64,000 nucleotides of DNA, from the NCBI RefSeq assembly GCF_963921235.1, contig NC_086097.1, positions 17,980,001-18,044,000 of the forward strand, read 5' to 3'. Every line of letters starts with the position of its first letter. Positions within the stretch are counted from its first letter, which is position 1. The stretch comes from Mobula hypostoma (lineage: Eukaryota). A program made the translations under genes and the position numbers. The notes below the pieces were generated by a model. That model did not search any database and had not been told where the DNA came from. It saw only the letters and a program-made list of their open reading frames with translations. Of this stretch, positions 24,001-36,000 are shown one piece after another.

Positions 24001-27000
24001 CCCCGCAAGTGACCATGATATCAATTCACCAGAATCTATGCACTTAATTGTAATATACGTTACCAATCTCTACACGAGTCATACAGGAATTTACACCTTG
24101 AGGAATTCTTGACATAGAAGTTGTTTATCCTTTTGAATCTACAGCAGGTCTCGGAACAATCCAACCCCCTTACTTTTATTCTCGCACACCCATCAACTTG
24201 ACTTCAATTTCCACTGCACCTGCCTACACAAGGGCCAATTGACCAAGTTGTGAGGTAGTAGTAGGTTCATCTGTTGAACTGCCCATAGCTTTGCTGCATG
24301 AATTAAGCTCCTAATTATTGATCACATGTTGTGACAATCCAACTTAACTTCAAGACTCAGCTAGCAATGCAGCAAGTGTAGACTACAGCTGTAGCTGGCT
24401 CGGAACTCCAAACAGGTAAGTAAAGAGGAGAGCAGGGTTAACATGTTTTCTTGTTCCAGTCTCAGAATGTAATCATTTCAATTTACAGTTGCAAGAAAAA
24501 GTCTGAACCCTTTGCAGTAACCTGATGTTCTGCATTACTCATAAAATGTGGCCTGATCTTCATCCAAGTCACAATAATAGACAAACACAATCTGCCTAAA
24601 CAAATAACACACAAACAATTGTACTTTTCGTGTCTTTATTGAACACATTGTTTAATCATTCACAGTCTAGACTACAATGTGAACCCTTGTATTTAATAAC
24701 TGATAGAACCCCCTTTAGCAGCAAACCCTCTACTGAACATTTCATAGTTATACTTTATTGATCCCGGGGGAAATCGGTTTTCATTACAGTTGCACCATAA
24801 ATAATTAGTAATAAAACCATAAATAGTAATATGTAAATTATGCCAGTAAAGTATGAAATAAGTCCAGGACCAACCTATTGGCTCAGCGTGTCTGACCCTC
24901 CATGGGAGGAGTTGTAAAGTTTGATGGCCACAGGCAGGAATAACTTCCTATGATGCTCTGTGTTGGTGTCTGCTACCCTCAGCCTGCTGCCCCAGCACAC
25001 AACAGCAAACATGACAGCACTGGCCACCACAGACTCGTAGAACATCCTCAGCATCGTCCGGCAGATGTTAAAGGACCTCAGTCTCCTCAGGAAATAGAGA
25101 TTGCTCTGACCCTTCTTGTAGACAGCCTCAGTGTTCTTTGACCAGTCCAGTTTATTGTCAATTCGTATCCCCAGGTATTTGTAATCCTCCACCATGTCCA
25201 CACTGACCCCCTGGATGGAAACAGCTCTCCTCAGCTCTACCACCAGCTCCTTAGTCTTTTTCACATTAAGCTGCAGATAATTCTGCTCACACCATGTGAC
25301 AAAGTTTCCTACTGTAGCCCTGTACTCAGCCTCATCTCCCTTGCTGATGCATCCAACTATGGCAGAGTCATCCAAAAACTTCTGAAGATGACAAGACTCT
25401 GTGCAGTAGTTGAAGTCCAAGGTGTAAATGGTGAAGAGAAAGGGAGACAAGACAGTCCCCTGTGGAGCCCCAGTGCTGCTGATCATTCTGTCGGACACAC
25501 ACTGTTGCAAGCACACGTACTGTGGTCTGCCAGTCAGGTAATCAAGAATCCATGACACCGGGAAAGCATCCACCTGCATCGCTGTCAGCTTCTCCCCCAG
25601 CAGAGCAGGGCGGATGGTGTTGAACGCACTGGAGAAGTCAAAAAACATGACCCTCACAGTGCTCGCTGGCTTGTAGCTGATCAGATTTGCACAATGGCGA
25701 GGAGGAACTGTAGACGATTCCTTCATACAAAACTGTTGCAGTTCATCAATATTTCTGGGATACCTTGTATGAACAGCTCTCTTCAGGACATGCCACACCA
25801 TCTCAATCGGGTTAAGATCTGGACTGACTTGGTCATTCCAAAAAGACAAATTTTCTTTTTATACCATTGTTGTTGACTTTTGGATCATTATGTTGTTGCA
25901 TTATGCAACTTCTATTAAACTTCAGGTGACAGACCGCTACCTTGATATCCTCCTGTAAAGTGGCCTTCAGACAATTTTGAATTTATTGTTCCCTCAACGA
26001 TTGCAAGCTGTCCAGGCCCTGAGGCAGCAAAGCAGTCCCAAACCACGATGCTCTTTCCACCATGCTTCACAGTTGGGATGAGGATGAGGGTTGGTGTGCA
26101 GTGTCCTTTCTTCTCCAAACAATGTGGCGTGCATTTCTGTCAAAAAGTTCAACTTTTGTCTCACCTGTCCACAAAACGTTGCCCCAGAAACATTGTGAAA
26201 CATCCAGGTGGTCTTTTGCAAATTTGAGACAAGCAACAATGCTTTTGTGTTGGACAGCAGCATTTTCCTCTGTGGTGTCCTTCCATGAACACCATTCTTG
26301 TTCCTTACTTTTCTTGTAGTGGATACATGGACAGAGACTTTAGCAAGTTTAGAGATTTTGGCAAGTCTTTTGCTGTTACACTTCGGTTCTTTTCAGTTCC
26401 TTCAGCATTGCACATTGTGCTCTTGGTGTGACCTTTGCAGGGTGCCCACTCCTAGGGAGTACTGAGTTTCCTTCATTTCTAGACAATTTCTCTTACTGCG
26501 GACTGATGAACACTCAGGTCTTTAGAAATGCTTTTGTACCTTTTCAACTTCATGCATCTCTACAATTATTCTTCTAAAGGTCCTCTGAAAATTGTTTTAA
26601 TTGAGGTATGGTCTTTCTTGGGAAGAGCAGGCTCTATCAGTAACCTGACTGGGTGTCTTTATTTTAAACAATAGGGTAGGGCACCTCCATAACCCACACC
26701 TTCAATCTCATTGTTTGGAACACCTGACTCCAAATAGCTTTTGCACAAGGACATTTCCCCATAGGTTCACATACTTTTTTGAACTTAGACTGAGACTGTT
26801 TAAATGGAGTACTCAGTATTGATAAGTAGTACAATGGTTTGTGTGTTTTTAGTTTAGGTAGACTGCATTTGTTTATTATTGGGACAGATGAAGATCAGAC
26901 CACACAGTAATTAATGTAGAAAACCAGTAATTGCAAAGAGTTCATAAACTTTTTCGCAACGGTAGTTTCAAAGAAAACTATACAGAAAGTTGTAAATATA

Positions 27001-30000
27001 TAAATATTGGAAACTACAGCACGAGATAACAATGCAGTTCATTCACCTCCAGTACAACCCCACTTCAGAGACCATATCACATAAAGCTGGACAGAGCTAC
27101 GGAGAAATGAATTGGTTAAGATCGAAAGAAACCAGAGAGCTGCCACTCCAAAAACGAAGACTATGCTTCCTCTCTTGTAGCCACTTCCCACTCAACTACG
27201 ACAGCCACAACCACCAGCAGGAATTACAAAAAACAGCTTTCGCAAAGTCCAAATCGCTCTTTAGTACCAATGCTTTATAAATGGTTAGATTCCCTGAGGT
27301 TGTCATAGCTGGGTGTGGTCGTGGGGAATAAGCTCCCACTATATTGAATGCTCCCAATGGCTTATGCCTCAAATAGCTTGTGACAACCAAGTCCAGCTGC
27401 TGGCCCTCACATGTAGCTAGTTACCAAGCCCAGTGGAACCACGGGTGCACAGGCTGGAGCACGAGAACCAGTCGCATCAGGCAGGTGGGGATCATCACCC
27501 ACGGTTGGTAGCTCATCTAACAGGAAAACTCTACTGCCTTGCGGCTATACCCACTCAAGGGGTAGGCTTCAGGAGTAAAAATAGAAGAAACACCTGGAGC
27601 TCGAGTCCCTAATTCAGTTCAACGATGACTGGCAGCTCCTGCGACGCTGCTGGGGCTAAACTGCATCGGTCTCTGCCGTTCCTTTGGATTCATCAGCTGC
27701 GTGGAGAGGGGGGAGCCTGGTATCTGGGCAACAGCTTGTTCCCCATATGGCACTACCCTGACCTGTTTGTGTACAGGCGTGCATGTTACATAGACAGCTG
27801 GCACACAACATCCATGGTTGACCGTGACCAACGAACTGCCTCAAAGAGATAAATGGTTGTTTCTGCATTTTCCCTTCATCTCATTTCTTTCTTGTGATTT
27901 TTGCAATAGTGTCTAATGCATCCAATCCAATTACACTTGTTTTTTTTTAAGATTAGCTTTATTTGTCACATGCACATCAAGGCATGGAGTGAACTACACT
28001 GCTTTGGTTCAAATCAAATCAGCAGACTGCGCTGAAGTAGCAACTGATGGCTGCCACGTTTCTGGCACCAACATAACATGCACACAACTCACAGCCCCTA
28101 ATCCATACATCTTCTGAACATGGGAGGAAACCCAAGCATCTGAGAGCAAACCTGCCCTTTTATGGGGAAAACTTACAAACTCCTTGGAGAGTAGTACAAA
28201 TCAAACATCAAACCCTGATTGCAAAAACGCCATCCCCTTCTCGCAATTCCTCCGTCTCCGCCGCATCTGCTCTCAGGATGAGGCTTTTCATTCTAGCACA
28301 AGGGAGATGTCCTCCTTTTTTAAAGAAAGGGGCTTCCCTTCCTCCACTATCAACTCTGCTCTTAAACGCATCTCCCCCATTTCATGTACATCTGCTCTCA
28401 CTCCATCCTCCCGCCACCCCACTAGGAATAGGGTTCCCCTGGTCTTCACCTACCACCCCACCAGCCTCCGGGTCCAACATATTATTTTCTGTAACTTCCG
28501 CCACCTCCAACGGGATCCCACCACTAAGCACATCTTCCCCTCCCCCACTTTCCGCAGGGATCGCTCCCTACGCGACTCCCTTGTCCATTCGTCCCCCCCA
28601 TCCCTCCCCACTGATCTCCCTCCTGGCACTTATCCGTGTAAGCGGAACAAGTGCTACACATGCCCTTACACTTCCTCCCTTACCACCATTCAGGGCCCCA
28701 AACAGTCCTTCCAGGTGAGGCGACACTTCACCTGTGAGTCAGCTGGGGTGATATACTGCGTCTGGTGCTCCCGATGTGGCCTTTTATATATTGGCGAGAC
28801 CCGACGCAGACTGGGAGACCGCTTTGCTGAACACCTACGCTCTGTTCGCCAGAGAAAGCAGGATCACCCAGTGGCCACATATTTTAATTCCACATCCCAT
28901 TCTGACATGTCTATCCACGGCTTCCTCTGCTGTAAAGATGAAGCCACACTCAGGTTGGAGGAACAACACCTTATATTCCGTCTGGGTAGCCTCCAACCTG
29001 ATGGCATGAACATCGACTTCTCTAACTTCCGCTAATACCCCACCTCCCCCTCGTACCCCATCTGTTATTTATTTTTATACACACATTCTTTCTCCTTTTT
29101 CTTCCTCTGTCCCTCTGAATATACCCCTTGCCCATCCTCTGGGTCCCCCCCCCCGTCTTTCTTCCCAGGAGGTCCCATGATCCTCTCGTATCCCTTTTGC
29201 CTATCACCTGTCCAGCTCTTGGCTCCATCCCTCCCCCTCCTGTCTTCTCCTATCATTTTGGATCTCCCCTTCCCCCTCCAACTTTCAAATCCCTTACTCA
29301 CTCTTCCTTCAGTTAGTCCTGACGAAGGGTCTTGGCCTGAAACGTCGACTGTACCTCTTCCTAGAGATGCTGCCTGGCCTGCTGCGTTCACCAGCAACTT
29401 TGATGTGTGTTGATCAAACCCTGATCTTCATTTGTCTGTATAAAGCATTGCACTAACCGCCATGCTGCCTGACCTTATTTGGGGGGGGGGGGCGCGGAGG
29501 GGCTACTGCACAAAATCAAAGTTGCAGAAACTTGTAAAATTAGTCAACTCCATCATGGATACTAGCCTCTGTAATATCTAAGACATCTTGAAGGAGCGGT
29601 GCCTTACGAAGGCAGCATCCATCAAGGGCCCCCACCACCCAGGTTATGCCCCATTCTCACTGTTACCATACGGTAGGAGGTACAGAAGCCCGAAGGCACA
29701 CACTCAGCTATTCAGGAACAGCTTCTTTCCTTCTGCCAAATAATTCATAATTGGCCATTGAGCCCATGAACACCCTATCGCTACTTTCTTAAAATTCCTT
29801 TTTTTGCATTATTTATTTTATCTTAACTATTTAATAGACATATTTATACTTACTATAATTCAGTTTCTTAATATTCATAATGTATTTCATTTCACTGCTT
29901 GCTGTAAAGTTAACAATTTTATGACATACCTTTGATATTAAAACTGATGTGGATGTATTTTACTACTTTACTATTTTAAAGTAATGAATAAAGTTTAGAT

Positions 30001-33000
30001 CTTTATCCAATTTATCAGTTACATAGAAGGTTGGTTTAGCCATGCAAGTTATCAACTGCATTCCGGCTTCTGTCCCTTGTTTCCAGTCGGGAAGAGTCCC
30101 AACCCAAAACATTTATTCTACTCCATAGATGCTGTTTGACTTGCTGAGTTCATCCAGCATTTTGTGTTACACAGGGTGAAAACAGCTCACTTGTATTGGA
30201 CAAGTTCTTTCTGAACAGAAATGGACTCCACAGAACAGAGCATGGCTTCCATACACAGGCGGTTGAGCACAGCAACCTCACTTACAGCTAATGAAGGTGA
30301 CGTTCACACCATACGTTTTTCCTTTGTGAAGTTGACATGGCAAGGAAGGACAGGCAGTGATATCCACCATGGTAAGATTCCCTGATTTTGAACCTGAAAC
30401 AACAAGAGTTAATGTCAGTTATTTCAGAGATATCCCAGATAAGTAATGAGAGATCGAAGCAGAACACCAACAGGGATTCTGCACGTACAGCAACAGGCCA
30501 TGTCCAGAATGAACTTTAGCCCTCAGACAGTTCCCACCCGAACCACTGGCTTTCAAACAATGAACAGCAACCTTCCCTCACATGAGTGGAATTGCACAAA
30601 TAGTTTTGAAGCATGTGATAGCTGCAGTGAAGAGCTAACAGCTCTCATTTCCAGACCATTTCCCCATAAAACTTAGGAAATGAAAATAATGACAAATACA
30701 GTTGAGGTTCAGTGAAGGGAAATGGTGAACAGGCAGTTTTGAAGAGCACACTGCGAGGAATCACGTGTAGATTAGGCACAGCAAGAAAGGGAACCTTCAA
30801 GAATCTGACATGTTAACGAAAACATTTCAGAATGAACTACCAAAAAGTCTTTACTAAGCTTCAAAGACAAATTTGCTTGTTGAACAGTTCTGTTCAATTC
30901 TGGGGGAAAAGACTCAAGTTATATGAAGAGTACTTTAAATGTAACAAGTGTTTAAACATTGCAATGCAGCAACTCTGTTTCAACAATTAGCCAGCGTTCC
31001 CCAGTGAGGCAGGGCTGTATTCTGCATGACTATTCCGTATGGAAGAGACCAGGGAATAACACCAGAAACCAGATTGATTACGTGCTTATAAGGAGGCATA
31101 GAAATACTCTGAAATCATGCAAAACATATCCAGGTGCAGACTGCTACAGTGATCACGTACCAATAATCAGCGTGATGTACCTGGGACACAGAAAGCTTAA
31201 AAAGACCAAGAGTAGAGCCAAAGCTGAATTTGGGACTTTTGAGGGAAAAAAAGACATCAAAAATGAATTCCAAATAACAGTGAAGAACAAATTCGAGGCT
31301 CTACAAAACATCACTATTATAGAACAACAATGGGAAAACCTCAGACAGCATAACACAAGCAGCAGAAGTGATTCCCAAAAACAACAGAAAAAGGTATAAA
31401 GAATTGGATGACAGAAGAAATTCTGAATCTTATGGAACAAAGAAGAAAATGTAAGGAAAACGAAAAAGCCTATGTATCCTTGCATGCACAGATAACAACC
31501 AAGTGCAAGGAAGCAAAAGAGAAGTGGCTGAAGGACAAATGTGAGTTAATAGAAAAATTGCAGAAGACCAACAACAGCAAACGAGATCAAAGAGGTCACA
31601 AATCGGAAGAAAAGTGGGGTAACAAAAGGATGTATAAAAGCAAAAGACTGCTCTACAATTATGGAAAAAGGAAAAATAATGCAAAAGTAGTCAGAATACA
31701 TCAAAGACCTATACGACGACAAAGACCGAGAGGCCAACTTTGATATTGGCAACAACGAGGGCCCAGCAGTACTGAAAGAAGAAGTGGAACATGTTATGAA
31801 AATGCGAAAGGGGAAATCATCAGGACCAGATAACATTCCAGTTGAACTGCATGAAGCACCAGAAGATTTTGATGTAGAGAAATTACCATTCTTATTGAAT
31901 AGAATATACAGTGGTAAAGTACCAGAATATCTTTTAAAGACAATATTCATTGCACTACCAAAGAAACCAGGTGCAACAGAGTGTGGACAACACAGAACAA
32001 TTAGTTTAATGAACCACCTCACAAAAATTCTACTTAGAATCATCATGCTCAGAATAAGACACAGAATTAAACCAGAGATCAGTGAAGAACAGGTTGGCTT
32101 TGTTGAAAGCAGGGGAACATCAAACAGCACTTGTATTCTCAGGAATATTATCAAAAGGTCAATAGAAGTACAACAAGACCTATACTTCTGTTTCATTGAC
32201 TACACAAAAACCTTTGACACAGTGAAACACCAAGTCATCATGAAAATGCTTAAAAATATTATTATTGATGGAAAAGATCTCAGAATAATCAGGAAGCTCT
32301 ACTGGCAAAGTACAGTCATACGGATAGACAACGAGATGGGTGAGTATCAGCCAATAAAGCGAGGAGTCAGACAGGGTTGTGTTCTATCACCAGACCTGTT
32401 CTCCCTGTACAGTGAAAACATCATGAGAACCATACAAGACCTACCTGGAGGATACAATATCAACAACCTCCACTATGCAATGATACAGTACTGATAGCAA
32501 ACAGTGAAGTAAATTTACAGAAACTAGTATCTACCATCAACACAGAGACCGAAAGACTTGGCCTAACCTTAAACAAAAAGAAAACTGAAGTAATGGTAAT
32601 ATCAAAGAAACCTGATATCCCAAACTGTAGGATTGTATTGGCAAATGAAATCCTGAAACAAGTCCACAACTTCAAGCACCTTGGATCATGGGTAACATCT
32701 GATGGCAAATGCGAAAGAGACATAAAAGCAAGAATAGCAATGGCAAGAACAGCATTTACAGAAATGAGAAACATCCTAATGAACAGGAAGATAGCGATTG
32801 ACATCTGCCTTAGAACTCTCAGCTGCTACATTCTTCCTATATTGATGTACGGCTGCGAGTCATGGACCATCACAAACGCAATGGAAAAACGAATCAATGC
32901 AGCAGAGATGTGGTTCCTCAGAAGAATGCTACGCATATCATATACGGACAGGATAACCAATGAAGAAGTTCTACAGAGAACGAAAACAAAACGTACATTA

Positions 33001-36000
33001 CTTAAAAAAAAATCAGAAAACAGCAATCAAAATTCTTTGGACACCACATGCGAAGAGACACATTTGAACATTTAGTTACAACTGGAAAGCTGGAAGGAAA
33101 AAGCAGAGGCAGAGAATGAAAATGAAAGGCGGAATAACATCATGGTTAGAAACAGGGGAGGCATCAACTACAATTCGGAGGGTTAGGGACTGCGACGGAT
33201 GAAGAGACAAGATCGCGCACGCCGAACAGCAAGGCACCTGAATGAATGAGTTCCGTACGATGGGTGTCTTCACACTCTCACACACAGGCAGTGGGTCCCA
33301 GCACAGCCCTTAACATTCCCCAACCCTCAAACCACCCTCACCAATGAGCAGCTGCACCCCCTCACAACCACTGCAAGTATTTGCCAACCACAAAACATTT
33401 GTGATGGGGCCAAATATCAAGAACTGTAGAATGTCCACACAATGGCAGGCTCCCACATTTCCTCAGTCTAGAATCAGTCATGATCTTGGACACATCTTCT
33501 AATGGTCGCACATACACCCTGCAGCATTGAGAACTGCCTCCACAACTCCTTGAGTCTATCACAGAACAGAGACCATAGAACATTAAAGTACAGGAAGGCC
33601 CTCCAGCCCAAGATGTTGCACTGAACTTTTAATCTATGCTAAGATTAATCCAGGCTTTTGTCCCAAGTCATGAGGTTGAAAGAATAATGGAGTCTCTAAT
33701 GTATCTGCCTCTGGCACAATCTGTGGCAGCACGTTTCACCCACAAACCACTGCGTAAAATCCTACCTCTGAAACCCCATCCTACTTTCCTTCAAATGCCT
33801 TTAAATTATACCCTCTGTTAGTCATTTCAGCCCCAGGAGAAAGTCTCTGGCTGTCCACCATCTCTGCCTCTCATCTTATCCACCTGCAGCCCTCTCACCA
33901 GGCTCATGAAAAGTTGGCTCATTAGCTAACTCTGCTAACAGCCACATGACTCAGCGGTGAGGCCACCATTCATAAACGATATACGTCCACAGTCAGTATG
34001 ATTTGGGGTTCAACCTAACAGGAACGCTATGATGTTCCAATTAAAGAAACTTCAATTGAGTGAATGCTGTGTGAATACTGCCCATACACAATTATCAGTC
34101 AGCAAGAAATAGCAGATCACATACCACAAAATTATAACAAAAATATATTTACTAATTAAGCCGGCTAGTGGCATAGTGGCATCAGCGCCAGACTTCGGAG
34201 CGAAGGCTCCCAAATTCAAATCCAGCCGGCTCCCTTGCACGCTTTCCATCCCTGCGGGGTTGAGCGTCGAGCTAGCAACTCGGCCTCATAAAAATAAGAA
34301 AGCCTGCTAAAAACTGTCATGACGGCGTCCCGATGACTCCACTCGGAGTTAAGGGCTTTCTTCTTCTTCTTTATATTTACTAATTGCAGCTTTATCAAAC
34401 CAACTGGAAGGTGGTACAATGCAGGATCCTCAGAACTCCTCAACCATCAGGATCTTGATCCAGTGGGGCAACTTCATTTGCCCCATCACTGAACTGCTGC
34501 TACAACCTATGAACTCAATTTCACGGACTCTTCAACTCAAGTCCTCGATATTTATTGTTGTTATTTCTTCCTTTTTGTATCTTTAACTCAAACCCTTTCT
34601 ACCCTTTAGGTAGGAATTCCTTTTCTCTGGAGACCACACAGAAGGCCACCACGTCACTGCAGTTCAGACAGAAGCTTACCTTTACTGAATTCAAATTCCT
34701 ACAAATATCTGGGACATGGAATAAATTTCACTTTTTGTCTGAAGCAAACTATTTTTTTAAACTTTAATTTCAGCAGCGGCGGGGGGGGGGGGCATACATC
34801 AAACTACAGTGCCTAAGACTTCTGCATAGTACTGAATATACAGACATTGTTCCTCTTGACTGAACATTTCTCTGTAGAAGACGGAAAAGATTCAGATTCA
34901 ATCACATGTAATTCAAAACACAGCGAAGTGTCAACAACCTACACACCAAAGTTTGTGCTGGGGGCAGCCCACAAGTGTTGTCACTTATGCTGGGGCCAAC
35001 ATAGGGTGTTGAGCAGAACACAAGCAACAAAACAAGCCTCTTCTTCCCTTCCATCCACACAGTCTTCCAACTCCAACGATACATGGCAGCAAAATTAAAG
35101 AGCTATGAAAAAGCTATTATAAGTTTTGCTTCTGTGTCTGCCTAGTCCCGCTCGCTTGGGCAGTTACACATTTGCTAATATACTAGAAAACAAACAACTG
35201 CTGACACGTGGGCTTTGCATGTCATATCTTGAACAAACACCAGAGGCCAATAGAAGAAAATGCGTGGGGTGTGCCAAAACACTACATTTGAAATAACTGA
35301 AATACAGGTCACCGTAGTTATGCACGAAGTTCTAGCCAATTTGCATACCCAAAGATCCCATTGACGCAAGAGATGGAAGTACTGTAATAAAGCAACAGAT
35401 CCAATGCCCTAACAAAAAAGGCTTCTCTTCACTATGTCAACACCATGTCTACTGAAAAGTAAAGAGCGATGGCTGCTATTGGCACTTCCTAAACTGCCAC
35501 CAGGGAGGAAAACAGCGAGCAATGGAGCATCTTGCCATTAGCAGGCTCACCGAGTAACAAGCCACCTGAACTAGGAAATACACTGGAACTCCATATGTAA
35601 GCAAACTCTGAGATTGCTTTCCTCACGTGTTAAAGGAGGGAGCAGCACGTTTAGTGGCAGACAAAGCAATAAGAATGCAGGTCCTGGGACATTCACCATG
35701 ACAAAACAAACACCCCCCCCGCCCTTATTCTTCCCCCTTCCTTCTCAGTCTTGAAGCATCTCAGCCTGACTTGTTGACTATTCCTCTCGACAGGTGCTAC
35801 CTGACCTGCTGAGTTCATCCACTTTAGCATTTTGCTCTGGATTTCAGGCATCTGCAGAATCTGCATTTATGATTTACTTTAATAAATTCTAGAGTCTCTC
35901 AGCATTGTTCTCTATTTTGGGCATTTGACAACAGCGTCTCATCTAAAACCTAAATAAAAGTAATCAAAAGCAAATGTATCCAGACAGTCTCTGCAGAGAG

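Noticed and set aside
24875-25849. 324-aa ORF fusing a Tc1 catalytic motif (SPDLNPIE) to a reverse transcriptase
   Set aside because: Chance in-frame junction from a Rex1 LINE inserted into a decayed Tc1; both parts are truncated and the RT has internal deletions.
34160-34235. Possible tRNA-Arg gene
   Set aside because: Anticodon and T stems are imperfect, the B box is mutated, and it continues into a SINE body with tail and TSD.
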